From a virus (taxonomy: Duplodnaviria > Caudoviricetes), in IMG/VR virus record IMGVR_UViG_3300017903_003108, positions 1-40,755 of that record: a stretch of DNA of 40,755 nt. One strand, written 5' to 3'. Made by a program: the position numbers and the translations under genes. The notes below the pieces were generated by a model. The model had not been told where the DNA came from. It ran no database searches and worked only from the letters and a program-made list of their open reading frames with translations. This document shows, one piece after another, positions 17,795 through 27,134 of this stretch (its first letter is position 1; each line of letters opens with the position of its first letter).

Positions 17795-18227
17795 TAAATG
17801 GACTAAACGTTATCTAAAGCTGGCAGAGCAGGTGGCATCTTGGTCTAAAGATCCATCTGCCCAAATCGGTGCAGTTGCAGTAGGTGCGAAAGGCCAGGTA
17901 CTTTCACAAGGTTATAACGGTTTTCCTCGAGGGATTGATGATAGCAGTGAACGTTATGAAGAACGTGCGAGGAAATATGAGCTGGTAGTTCATGCTGAAA
18001 TGAATGTAATTTATAATGCGACATATAATGGGGTTTCGTTAGACGGTGCAACCCTCTATGTTCATGGATTACCAGTTTGCTCGGATTGCGCCAAAGGTGT
18101 AATTCAAGTTGGTGTAAAAAAGGTTGTCATGAAAAAACAAGAAGTACCCATTGCACGATGGGAAGAATCATGGCAAAAGACAAAGGAGATGTTCAATGAA
18201 GCAGGAGTTGAATGGGAATTTTCCTAG
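17787..18227 (+). CDS. cd: dCMP deaminase
   Basis: SKDPS, GYNGFPRG, HAEMN and PVCSDC zinc motifs; start uncertain. Confidence 0.93.
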   Translation: MCDKWTKRYLKLAEQVASWSKDPSAQIGAVAVGAKGQVLSQGYNGFPRGIDDSSERYEERARKYELVVHAEMNVIYNATYNGVSLDGATLYVHGLPVCSDCAKGVIQVGVKKVVMKKQEVPIARWEESWQKTKEMFNEAGVEWEFS

Positions 18228-18384
18228 AGAAAATGAATCATATTATGATTATATTTCTAGGCGTTATCGTGAAAGCGAAACTAACGATAATAAAGAAATT
18301 TCCTTAGAACAAAAGATTGTTGAACTAACTGAACGTGTAAAACAATTAGAAATGGATATGGCTCATGTCATCAATTCAAAATAG
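18196..18384 (+). CDS. Small hypothetical protein with coiled-coil tail
   Basis: ORF filling the gap; start uncertain. Confidence 0.55.
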   Translation: MKQELNGNFPRENESYYDYISRRYRESETNDNKEISLEQKIVELTERVKQLEMDMAHVINSK

Positions 18385-18413
18385 TTTACAGCTGGTGTTG
18401 CCTATGGTATAAT
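18385..18413 (+). promoter_or_regulatory. Sigma70-like promoter
   Basis: TTTACA-17 nt-TATAAT. Confidence 0.85.
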
Positions 18414-18427
18414 CACTCAAAATCACA

Positions 18428-18667
18428 ATGAGGTTATTGAAAATGGAACTCCCTCCCAAGAAAGGATATCATCGTCACCATATTATCCCAAAATTCTTGG
18501 GAGGGACTGATTGTGCTGATAACCTAATTTATTTGACTCCATACGAACATGCGATGGCACATAAGGCATTGTTCGAAGAGCATGGACGAAAAGAAGATGC
18601 AGGTGCATACAATATGATTATGGCACAAAGCGTAACCAAAGACTTTGAAAGGCTTCGGACTAAATAA
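18428..18667 (+). CDS. Minimal or truncated HNH endonuclease
   Basis: HRHHIIPKFLGGTDCADNLIYLTPYEHAMAH is a typical T4 Mob-type HNH core; no DNA-binding extension. Confidence 0.8.
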   Translation: MRLLKMELPPKKGYHRHHIIPKFLGGTDCADNLIYLTPYEHAMAHKALFEEHGRKEDAGAYNMIMAQSVTKDFERLRTK

Positions 18668-19653
18668 TGGCTATTATCACTAACCCCGTTACAAATATCC
18701 CTGTCAATAAAAAGTCCCATACTTTAGGCTGGACTAAGGTATGGGCTTCTCAATTGAATGCTGATATTGACCACAAGTGTTCTACTAATATTTTGAACCA
18801 TGACCAGGTCTATGTCGATTTTGGTGCTAATTTTTCTGGTTCGTTAAATCTATTTGGTGGTGCTAATCAAGAAGTCTTTGAGCGTTTAGATACGCTTATG
18901 AAATGTAAGAATGTTACATCACTTGATTGGCAGTTTGACATTTGTTCATCGCTTCGTAAACGTGTTGGTGCCAATACTACATACGAAGGATTTACTGATT
19001 CTTGGTTTGACAAATTCGAAGCATTCGAAAAGAATGTAAAATTTTTAAAACAAGAAGACTTAAACACAAATGGCATTACTGTAGGTGATAGCCATACGAT
19101 TGCTTTTAGTGCTGAAGGCGATGCTGTATATCGAAACGATGGTAAGACATTGTTTGGTGCACTACGAGCAGGTATTGACACAATGTTTCGTGGCACACAA
19201 CCACGCGGCAATGTTACACTATCATTTGGTTCTATTGATATTCGCCATCACATTCTACGTCAAAATATTCTAAAAGATGCTTTGATTAAAGTGGAAGAAA
19301 TGATTGCAGAGTATGTCAAACAAGGTAAAGAATTAGAAAGCAAATATGGTTGCGCTGTGTCTTATTCTTGCCCTGTGCCTGTAGAATGGGAAGGCCGTAG
19401 AATTCCAAAGACTGGATTCTATAAAGGTGAACCATTCAGCGGATCGATGACAGAACGCCAGATCGTAACTCATAAGTTTATAACTGAGCTAAATAAACAT
19501 AAGGTTGATGTTGTGGAACCACCATCTGAGTGGTACACCATGGATCCTAAGAAATACGCCGAAACTTACATGGAGTTTGGATCTAGTTTCCATATTGCTC
19601 CTCCTTATTATCGGAGGAATGATTTCGGCGTAACACATGCAAGTTTGTTTTAG
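18667..19653 (+). CDS. Hypothetical protein with C-terminal SGNH-hydrolase-like domain
   Basis: TVGDSH (block I), FGSIDIRHH (block III-like) and SSFHI (block V-like). Confidence 0.55.
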   Translation: MAIITNPVTNIPVNKKSHTLGWTKVWASQLNADIDHKCSTNILNHDQVYVDFGANFSGSLNLFGGANQEVFERLDTLMKCKNVTSLDWQFDICSSLRKRVGANTTYEGFTDSWFDKFEAFEKNVKFLKQEDLNTNGITVGDSHTIAFSAEGDAVYRNDGKTLFGALRAGIDTMFRGTQPRGNVTLSFGSIDIRHHILRQNILKDALIKVEEMIAEYVKQGKELESKYGCAVSYSCPVPVEWEGRRIPKTGFYKGEPFSGSMTERQIVTHKFITELNKHKVDVVEPPSEWYTMDPKKYAETYMEFGSSFHIAPPYYRRNDFGVTHASLF

Positions 19654-19661
19654 GATATATT

Positions 19662-20552
19662 ATGGCTCATAATAATCACGTCATTGACGGTATTAATAAA
19701 GACGTCGGTCCTTTGTACTCATTTGAGGAAGCAAAGGACTATTACTTAGAACTAGCAGAAGATTGGGAAGATCCATATGGTGTTCCAAAAGTTACTACCC
19801 ACGACGGTGTAAGAGTAGTACGGGATGACTTCCTTGTTGGTTCTAAGGTTAGAGGTGGGGACTGCCTGATCAGTAGTTTGCCTGAACATATCGATACTAT
19901 AGTATATGTTCAACCTCGAACAGGCCTGGCTGGGGTGAGTATTCTGGATGTGGCAAAGAGGCACGATAAAGAAGTCATGCTGTTTATGCCATCATCAAAA
20001 AAGATCTCATCCCACCAGGCTTGTTGCATCGAACGTGGTGCTAAGACTTCATTTCATCGCATCGCGGCAATGCCTAACCTAAATATTATTGCTCAAAAAT
20101 GGGCAGCAGAACGTAAGAATGCTTTCTTTGTTCCGTTAGGTTTAAAGCATGAAAGAGTGACTGCCGGTATCGTAAAGTCGGCATCAAAGATTGATGCACC
20201 TGATGTAGTATATACAGCTACATCGACCGGAGTATTAACAAGAGCATTGCAGATTGCTTGGCCTAAAACAAAGTTTGTTTCTGTTTGTGTATCACGTAAT
20301 ATGAAAGCTGGCGAACTTGGTATTGCCGAAGCTGTGTCAGAGCCATTGGCATTTACACAAGCCGAGAAGGCTCAGAATATGCCACCATTTCCGACTATAG
20401 ATACATACGATGGTAAGGTTTGGAAATATATTCCAAAGAATAGCGATAAAGATATTCTATTCTGGAATGTAGGTAAAGAACCTGTTCTACAGAACTTAAA
20501 CCTACCTAATGAAATTGACTCATTTAGAGAATGGCCAAAGAATGTGGATTAA
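19662..20552 (+). CDS. Fold-type II PLP-dependent enzyme (TrpB/cysteine synthase/ACC deaminase-like)
   Basis: VRDD..GSKVR (Schiff-base Lys), TATSTGVL phosphate loop, YDGK and ILFWNVG. Confidence 0.8.
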   Translation: MAHNNHVIDGINKDVGPLYSFEEAKDYYLELAEDWEDPYGVPKVTTHDGVRVVRDDFLVGSKVRGGDCLISSLPEHIDTIVYVQPRTGLAGVSILDVAKRHDKEVMLFMPSSKKISSHQACCIERGAKTSFHRIAAMPNLNIIAQKWAAERKNAFFVPLGLKHERVTAGIVKSASKIDAPDVVYTATSTGVLTRALQIAWPKTKFVSVCVSRNMKAGELGIAEAVSEPLAFTQAEKAQNMPPFPTIDTYDGKVWKYIPKNSDKDILFWNVGKEPVLQNLNLPNEIDSFREWPKNVD

Positions 20553-21558
20553 TGAAGAAGCGATTGACGTCCTAGTCAATTATTATTATCCAAAAGCCGG
20601 ATGGCTACAAGATAATGTAAACTGGGGCGATTTAGATTATGAAGGTCCAGAAGCTAATAAAGCGATCAACGATCCTTTAATGCAAAAGATCGATATTTAC
20701 GATTGTAAAACAAGAAATGCAGCAGGATTTTCTAATGTCCTGCAGGATCTATGGTTTGGATCTAAAACACCTAAATGGCGGTGGCAAAATAAAGAACGCC
20801 GTGCACTAAATAAGTCTAATGATAATATCAACTGGACTATGAAAGAATGGCTATATACCTTTATGTGCCATCGAGTAATGGGATCAGGGGCATCGTTCGA
20901 GAACGATCATGGTTATAGAAATAATATTGTTCAGTACTGGGGTAAACATAGAGATGTTCAAGACATGGCTGAAGACCTTGTTAAAACCAAGGCTAGCGGC
21001 AAGGCTATGTTTACTTCTATTGGAAACCAACCACCAGCGCCAAGAAAGGGAGTCTCTAATGTAGACTTTATGGCAAAGGAATTGCCGTCTTTATTAGATC
21101 GATTTATTGATTTTAAGACGCAGAAAAAACGTGGTCATAAAGAAATTGTTGATTTCTTAAATGGCTACAATAAAGAGGTCGGGCACAGGAAGTTTAATTT
21201 TGTATATGCTGCGTTTAGTATGGATTGTTCTGATTATTATCCAGAGCATACGGATGTTGACAGTCATACCTACATGGGAAATAACGCAGTACGTTGTATG
21301 AAGCGCCTGTCGTCAGGATGGAAGCAAGATGATTTCATGGATTTACTTCGTGAAAAAACAGGTGGCCGGCCTAAAGATCTTGAAGATGTAATGTGTGACT
21401 TCGTGCGGTTTGGTCAAAACTATGTGCCACGAGGTAATGGTACATTTGATCATATTCCATCAACGATCGCTAACGCGTCTGGTTGGGAATCTGGCTGGGA
21501 GCAGAGGCAAGGAAAACCACCTGAAAAAGGTGCACAATTAGAGGAGTTTATGGTGTAA
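20542..21558 (+). CDS. aGPT-Pplase / 5hmU-DNA-kinase helical-domain-like DNA base-modification protein
   Basis: DPLMQ..YD..R, F.Y..F.MD..DY..GNNA.R and DLEDVMCDFVRF resemble the family pattern; located in a modification island. Confidence 0.55.
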   Translation: MWINEEAIDVLVNYYYPKAGWLQDNVNWGDLDYEGPEANKAINDPLMQKIDIYDCKTRNAAGFSNVLQDLWFGSKTPKWRWQNKERRALNKSNDNINWTMKEWLYTFMCHRVMGSGASFENDHGYRNNIVQYWGKHRDVQDMAEDLVKTKASGKAMFTSIGNQPPAPRKGVSNVDFMAKELPSLLDRFIDFKTQKKRGHKEIVDFLNGYNKEVGHRKFNFVYAAFSMDCSDYYPEHTDVDSHTYMGNNAVRCMKRLSSGWKQDDFMDLLREKTGGRPKDLEDVMCDFVRFGQNYVPRGNGTFDHIPSTIANASGWESGWEQRQGKPPEKGAQLEEFMV

Positions 21559-21731
21559 TGGCAAGAAAATACTCTACGCACTTTGAATTATCGGTAAAAG
21601 ATATAGATCTAATCGAAAAAGCATTAAGATCTTATGACGGTGATATAGATAAAATACAACAACTATTGGGCAAAATCCATAATCAGAAAATATGGTATCG
21701 TCCAGCATCTGATGAATATGTGAGCGGATAA
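21558..21731 (+). CDS. Small conserved protein (57 aa, MARKYSTHFELSVKDIDLIEKAL..HNQKIWYRP..YVSG)
   Basis: TAATG coupling to the upstream gene, GAGGAG upstream; below the ORF-track cutoff. Confidence 0.75.
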   Translation: MARKYSTHFELSVKDIDLIEKALRSYDGDIDKIQQLLGKIHNQKIWYRPASDEYVSG

Positions 21732-21732
21732 A

Positions 21733-22524
21733 ATGAAAATTGGTATTATTGGTTACGGCTATGTCGGTAAGGCAATGGCTGCAGCGTTTGATCAATGTGA
21801 TGAAATTGATTATGACATTGTAGATCCTGCGTATGAAGAATACGATCAAGATCTAAGTACTATGATGGAAACATGTGATGCAGCAGTCGTGTGTGTTCCT
21901 ACACCACAGCGTGGGGATGGTAGTTGCAATGATTCTATCGTAATTAGTACAGTAGAAACCATTGGTACAGATAAACCAATTCTTATTAAATCTACTACTG
22001 ATATTCCAACGCTTCAATTCTTCAAAACTGTATATCCAAACGTAGCATTCTCACCTGAGTTTTTGCGTGGTCGTCATTCTGTCGAAGACTTTCTTGCAGA
22101 AGATAAAATGATTATCGGCGGGTTTGAGCCTGAATGTAACTATTGGATTCGGACCTTTAAAAAGTGTATTAATCTAGAGACTACTGTTTCTATTGATATT
22201 GTCGAAGCTGGATATGTCAAGTACGCAGAGAATTCATTCCTGGCAATGCGAGTAACTTTCTTTAACGATTTATACAATCTAATGAAAGACGCAAATCCTG
22301 AGTTGGACTATGATGCAACCGTTTTTGCATTAGGTGTTGATCCACGCATTGGTCATTCACACAATCAAGTACCAGGATATGACGGTAAGTTTGGTTGGGG
22401 TGGTCATTGTCTGCCTAAAGACACTTCAGCATTCGTATCATTTGCTAGGCGCATGGATTCTGATTTGCCACTACTTAGGTCTATTAGATCTATCAACAAT
22501 ATTCATCGAAATCATCGATCATAA
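21733..22524 (+). CDS. UDP-glucose/GDP-mannose dehydrogenase family protein (short form)
   Basis: GIIGYGYVG, CVPTP, IKST, SPEFLR, KYAENSFLA, DPRIG and GWGGHCLPKD; C-terminal domain absent. Confidence 0.9.
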   Translation: MKIGIIGYGYVGKAMAAAFDQCDEIDYDIVDPAYEEYDQDLSTMMETCDAAVVCVPTPQRGDGSCNDSIVISTVETIGTDKPILIKSTTDIPTLQFFKTVYPNVAFSPEFLRGRHSVEDFLAEDKMIIGGFEPECNYWIRTFKKCINLETTVSIDIVEAGYVKYAENSFLAMRVTFFNDLYNLMKDANPELDYDATVFALGVDPRIGHSHNQVPGYDGKFGWGGHCLPKDTSAFVSFARRMDSDLPLLRSIRSINNIHRNHRS

Positions 22525-22528
22525 ACTG

Positions 22529-22557
22529 TATACATTTGCCTCATAATTTTGTATAAT
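22529..22557 (+). promoter_or_regulatory. Sigma70-like promoter for uvsX-gp41
   Basis: TATACA-17 nt-TATAAT with TG extended -10. Confidence 0.75.
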
Positions 22558-22583
22558 ACTTTAAACAATACAGGAGATAATGT

Positions 22584-23621
22584 ATGTCCATTATGGATAA
22601 GTTGAAAAAGAACAGTAAGATTAAGACGACTGATGTTCTTTCTGATTCTAAGTTTTTTAATGACAAGGATATGATTCCTACTGATGTTCCTATGATCAAC
22701 GTTGCTTTGTCAGGTGACGTTGATGGTGGTTTGGCACCTGGCCTTACTGTCCTTGCAGGACCATCAAAACACTTTAAGACATCCTTTGCATTAATTATGG
22801 CTGCAGCATATTTGAAAAAATATGATGATGCAGTGATTCTATTTTATGACTCTGAATTTGGTTCACCTCAGAGTTACTTTAAGCAATATGGTATCGATCC
22901 CGGTCGTGTTCTTCATACTCCTATTACAAATGTCGAAGAACTAAAATTTGATATGATTGCTCAAATGGAAGCTTTGGATCGTGACGATAAAGTTATTATT
23001 GTTATTGATTCTGTAGGTAACCTGGCATCTAAGAAAGAACTTGAAGATGCTATCAATGAGAAATCAGTTGCCGATATGTCACGCGCAAAAGCACTTAAAG
23101 GTCTTTTCCGTATGGCAACACCATATCTCAATATGAAGAATATTCCACTAGTGGCGATTAACCATACTTACCAAGAGATTGGTTTGTTCCCTAAGGCAGT
23201 TGTATCTGGTGGTACAGGCATTTATTATTCTGCCGATAATATTTGGATTCTTGGTCGTCGCCAGAATAAAACTGGTACCGAAGTAACTGGGTATGACTTT
23301 GTTATCAACGTAGAGAAATCACGATATGTTAAAGAAAAGTCAAAAATTCCTATCTCAGTTTCTTGGGAAGGTGGCGTCGAGCATTGGTCTGGTCTTTTGG
23401 ATATTGCTTTGGCTGGTAAATATGTTGCTAAGCCTAGTAACGGGTGGTATTGTCGTGTTGATCGGGACACTGGTGAATTACTCGATCCCAAGGTCAGAGA
23501 AAAACAAACTAGAGAAGAGGAATTCTGGGAACCAATTATAAACGGTACCGATTTCAAAGACTATATTAAGCGTTGCTACCAAATTGGCGGTGGTGAAAGT
23601 ATTGATATTGAGGACGAATAA
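22584..23621 (+). CDS. uvsX: RecA-like recombinase UvsX
   Basis: AGPSKHFKT, FYDSEFG, IDSVGNLAS and SGGTG motifs. Confidence 0.96.
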   Translation: MSIMDKLKKNSKIKTTDVLSDSKFFNDKDMIPTDVPMINVALSGDVDGGLAPGLTVLAGPSKHFKTSFALIMAAAYLKKYDDAVILFYDSEFGSPQSYFKQYGIDPGRVLHTPITNVEELKFDMIAQMEALDRDDKVIIVIDSVGNLASKKELEDAINEKSVADMSRAKALKGLFRMATPYLNMKNIPLVAINHTYQEIGLFPKAVVSGGTGIYYSADNIWILGRRQNKTGTEVTGYDFVINVEKSRYVKEKSKIPISVSWEGGVEHWSGLLDIALAGKYVAKPSNGWYCRVDRDTGELLDPKVREKQTREEEFWEPIINGTDFKDYIKRCYQIGGGESIDIEDE

Positions 23622-23944
23622 TGTTGAAAGATGGTATTGATTATGAGCTGATTACCCATGCTAGTGTTGAAGACTCATGGGCAATCAGAGTTTTGCAGGG
23701 TGACTTTATCGAAAGTGTTATTCATATTGACACCGTTAGATTAGATGATGAAGAACACATGTCTTTCAATTTTAATGTGTTAGAAACTCCAGATCCGTTG
23801 TATGTTAATACAGATAATGTAGATCTACAAGAACACGTAGCTGATATTCTTGTATCTGTTATTACAGCTGGCCTTGAAGAAGGCTATATGAAAGCACGCG
23901 ACGCTGATACTGGAGAAGAAATTGAGTTTGAACCTGAGGATTGA
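23621..23944 (+). CDS. Acidic hypothetical protein (position of T4 gp40)
   Basis: Coupled ORF between uvsX and gp41. Confidence 0.65.
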   Translation: MLKDGIDYELITHASVEDSWAIRVLQGDFIESVIHIDTVRLDDEEHMSFNFNVLETPDPLYVNTDNVDLQEHVADILVSVITAGLEEGYMKARDADTGEEIEFEPED

Positions 23945-25304
23945 ACAAACAATCTTGCGCCATCTTCTAACTGATGAAGATTATATGCGCAAGGTTTTGC
24001 CCTTCATTAAACCTGAATATTTTGAAGGGCCATACCGCACACTGTTCAAAGAAGCCGGTAAATTTGTTGCTAAATACAATAAGCTACCAACTAAGGAGTC
24101 ATTCTTAGTTGAACTTAATGAACACTCAAATTTATCAAGCGAACAGTTTACTACGGCCGTTGATATCGCACAGACACTATTTGATGGTGATCAAGTCGAT
24201 GAACAATGGCTTATGGAAAACACAGAAAAATGGTGCCAAGATCGTGCCATCTACAATGCGGTCATGGAGTCTATTACTATCATTGATGGTAAGCATGACA
24301 CCTTGACCAAGAATGCTTTGCCTGAGCTTTTGACCAAAGCGTTGGGTGTTGCATTTGATACTAATGTGGGTCACGATTATATTGGTAACGCAGAAGAACG
24401 TTATGAGTTCTACCATCGTGAAGAGAGTCGAATTCCATTCGATCTTGAATTATTTAATTCAATCACTAAAGGTGGCATTCCTAACAAAACATTGAATATT
24501 GCTTTGGCCGGCACAGGTGTTGGTAAATCACTATTCATGTGTCATGTTGGTGCTGCAGCTCTTACCGAAGGCAACAATGTTCTTTATATTACCATGGAAA
24601 TGGCAGAAGAACGAATTGCTGAACGTATCGATGCTAACTTGTTAAATGTTCCTATTGATCAGCTGGACAAAATGTCCAAAGATATGTTTACGACTAAAGT
24701 TGCTGATTTAGCACGAAAGACAACAGGTCGATTGGTTGTAAAAGAATATCCTACTGGCTCTGCTCATGCTGGTCATTTTCGTGCGTTGCTAAATGAATTG
24801 AAGCTTAAGAAACAATTCGTTCCTGATATCATTTTCGTGGACTATCTTAATATCTGTGCTAGCTCACGGATGAAAGCTATGGGAGGATCGATCAATTCCT
24901 ACACTTACATTAAGGCAATTGCTGAAGAACTACGTGGACTTGCAGTTGAATTCGACGTACCAGTTTTCAGTGCGACGCAGACGACTCGCAGTGGTTATTC
25001 TAACTCGGATGTTGGGCTTGAAGATACCTCCGAATCTTTTGGACTACCCGCTACAGCAGACCTCATGTTCGCCCTCATCTCAACAGAAGAACTCGAGCAA
25101 CAAAACCAGATCATGGTTAAACAGCTTAAAAATCGCTATAACGATCCCACGTTTCATAAGCGATTTGTTGTGGGCATTGACCGATCTCGCATGCGGTTGT
25201 TTGATGTTGATGCTAACGCGCAAACGTTAACTGACGATACTCCTGTCTTTGATAAGTCTGATACACATGATCAAATGTCTAAGTTTAAGGATTTTAAATT
25301 ATGA
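23922..25304 (+). CDS. gp41: Replicative DnaB-like helicase
   Basis: LAGTGVGKS, ITMEMAEE, VKEYPT, FVDYLNI, SATQTTR, DTSESFGLP and KQLKNRY motifs. Confidence 0.97.
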   Translation: MSLNLRIEQTILRHLLTDEDYMRKVLPFIKPEYFEGPYRTLFKEAGKFVAKYNKLPTKESFLVELNEHSNLSSEQFTTAVDIAQTLFDGDQVDEQWLMENTEKWCQDRAIYNAVMESITIIDGKHDTLTKNALPELLTKALGVAFDTNVGHDYIGNAEERYEFYHREESRIPFDLELFNSITKGGIPNKTLNIALAGTGVGKSLFMCHVGAAALTEGNNVLYITMEMAEERIAERIDANLLNVPIDQLDKMSKDMFTTKVADLARKTTGRLVVKEYPTGSAHAGHFRALLNELKLKKQFVPDIIFVDYLNICASSRMKAMGGSINSYTYIKAIAEELRGLAVEFDVPVFSATQTTRSGYSNSDVGLEDTSESFGLPATADLMFALISTEELEQQNQIMVKQLKNRYNDPTFHKRFVVGIDRSRMRLFDVDANAQTLTDDTPVFDKSDTHDQMSKFKDFKL

Positions 25305-25480
25305 TGAAATTGATATGCGATCCTCCTAGCGGTTGGCGTTATGGATTTCCAAAACCTATTCCAGAAAAATGTACAGGCAACGATATGGAATTTAGAAAAT
25401 ACTTGACAGAAAATGGATATCCAGATAGCATGTTAGATTTGGCAAGTAAGCATAGTCGCTTTTGGGAACAAGAAGAATGA
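25301..25480 (+). CDS. Small conserved phage protein (59 aa, DPPSGWRYGFPKP motif)
   Basis: ATGA overlaps with gp41 and with the next gene; below the ORF-track cutoff. Confidence 0.75.
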   Translation: MMKLICDPPSGWRYGFPKPIPEKCTGNDMEFRKYLTENGYPDSMLDLASKHSRFWEQEE

Positions 25481-25713
25481 ATGTAAAGGAAGAGACCTTA
25501 GTTATTCTAATGGAAGAATGCGGTGAGGTTATCCAAGAATGTAGTAAAATTCTACGGTTTGGCAACGACATAGATAATCTCACCAAAGAACTTGGCGATC
25601 TACTTTGCATGATAAACTTGACTGTCGAAAATCTTAGTATAGAACAAGACGAATTGAAAAATGCAGAAACTAGTAAGAAAAACAAATTGAAGACGTGGAG
25701 CAATATAACATGA
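25477..25713 (+). CDS. MazG-like nucleotide pyrophosphohydrolase
   Basis: LMEECGEVIQ..KELGDL motif. Confidence 0.8.
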   Translation: MNVKEETLVILMEECGEVIQECSKILRFGNDIDNLTKELGDLLCMINLTVENLSIEQDELKNAETSKKNKLKTWSNIT

Positions 25714-26366
25714 GCGTAAAACTAATCTCTTACTCAACACCGCACGATGAATTTGAAGGCGTTGAAAATATCCAGGACCTGGTTGCATATTGCGCTCGGG
25801 TTTCTAATCCGTCAAATCAAATTAATAACGAAACAGCTGAACGTCTACTAAACTATCTTGTGAAGCATAAGCACTGGTCACCATTTGAAATGGTTTCTGT
25901 ATGTTTAGAAATTGAAACAACACGCGACATTGCTCGTCAGTTCTTACGCCATCGTTCTTTCTCTTTCCAAGAGTTTAGTCAGCGGTATGCAGATATTCGT
26001 GATTTGTCTGATAACTTTGTACTTCGAGAAGCACGTTTGCAAGATCAGAAAAACCGTCAGAACTCTGTAGAGATCGATGATGTTCGACTACAGGAAGAAT
26101 GGTGGTTGCAGCAGCAAAAAGTAATCAATGCGTCCAAAGAAGCATATAAGTGGGCAATTGAACAGGGTATTGCTAAGGAACAAGCACGAGCAGTGCTTCC
26201 TGAAGGTAATACCAAATCACGTCTATACGCTAATGGTACACTTCGCTCTTGGATTCATTATATTGAATTGCGTTCAGATAACGGTACTCAGAAAGAGCAT
26301 CGCGAGATTGCAATTGAATGTGCAAAAGTAATTTCAAAAATATTTCCCTCAATTAGCAATTATTAG
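25710..26366 (+). CDS. thyX: Flavin-dependent thymidylate synthase ThyX
   Basis: HWSPFE, RHRSFSFQEFSQRY, EQARAVLP and TQKEH motifs. Confidence 0.96.
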   Translation: MSVKLISYSTPHDEFEGVENIQDLVAYCARVSNPSNQINNETAERLLNYLVKHKHWSPFEMVSVCLEIETTRDIARQFLRHRSFSFQEFSQRYADIRDLSDNFVLREARLQDQKNRQNSVEIDDVRLQEEWWLQQQKVINASKEAYKWAIEQGIAKEQARAVLPEGNTKSRLYANGTLRSWIHYIELRSDNGTQKEHREIAIECAKVISKIFPSISNY

Positions 26367-26377
26367 CACTTTAGCTG

Positions 26378-26406
26378 TTTACAATCAATATTGCACATGA
26401 TATAAG
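26378..26406 (+). promoter_or_regulatory. Sigma70-like early promoter
   Basis: TTTACA-17 nt-TATAAG; leader nearly identical to that at 507-531. Confidence 0.75.
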
Positions 26407-26431
26407 ATAATCATAAACCAAACAGAGGAAT

Positions 26432-26668
26432 ATGGTTATGACTAAGCAGTTTGAAGTTCGCGCATACACTTACACTGATGCATGGGGTGAAGACTACCGT
26501 GATTACGGTCGCTTTGATGCAGTAGAAAAAGCTAACGAGTTTATCGCTGCTAAGCTGGCAGAGCTTAAAGAAAAGCTTGTTGAAATGGATAGCCTAGAGG
26601 ACGACGACAAGCAGTACATGATGGATGTTGCTAAAGAAGCTTATCATGTAGTAGCGGTAGTAGCGTAA
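26432..26668 (+). CDS. Small acidic hypothetical early protein
   Basis: GAGG SD; first gene after the promoter. Confidence 0.75.
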   Translation: MVMTKQFEVRAYTYTDAWGEDYRDYGRFDAVEKANEFIAAKLAELKEKLVEMDSLEDDDKQYMMDVAKEAYHVVAVVA

Positions 26669-26680
26669 GGAGTATTTGAT

Positions 26681-26956
26681 ATGACCGAAAAACGTTTTAA
26701 CGTAATGATGAACCTCACCGATGGCAGTGCTATTCAAATGAATACATCAGGTGCTTTGACATATAATGAAGCAGTTGAATATATCCTTGAAAAATACGAC
26801 AGACTCGTTGAGGATACAGCAGAAGACGTTTACTCTTTTGATGCAGAGGGCGAAGGACCTTCACGCGATGCACAAACTATCCGTGAAATGTATTATATTT
26901 TTGAGTTGGACCATCTTCGCCCTGGTCCACCAAGCTTAGTAGTGGAGAATTGTTAA
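26681..26956 (+). CDS. Small acidic hypothetical protein
   Basis: AAGGAG SD. Confidence 0.75.
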   Translation: MTEKRFNVMMNLTDGSAIQMNTSGALTYNEAVEYILEKYDRLVEDTAEDVYSFDAEGEGPSRDAQTIREMYYIFELDHLRPGPPSLVVENC

Positions 26957-26957
26957 T

Positions 26958-27134
26958 ATGACAGATGCAGTAGAATTTGCGTGTATGTTTTTTAATAGTG
27001 AACGTAATGATTTTATTACTGCCGCAAACGAAACATTTGGTGAAACCAACCCTATAGTCACTGAAGCTATTAATGAATACGATATTATTCAGAATGATAT
27101 GAAAGTATGGGAGCGATATAAAAATGCCTCTTGA
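26958..27134 (+). CDS. Small hypothetical protein (58 aa, MTDAVEFACMFF..)
   Basis: GGAG SD; fills the gap and overlaps the next gene. Confidence 0.65.
   Translation: MTDAVEFACMFFNSERNDFITAANETFGETNPIVTEAINEYDIIQNDMKVWERYKNAS

Noticed and set aside
21574-21849. Minus-strand 91-aa ORF (likewise 25392-25703 and other antisense ORFs inside core genes)
   Set aside because: Antisense shadows; coupled plus-strand small genes (21558-21731, 25301-25480) explain the gaps.
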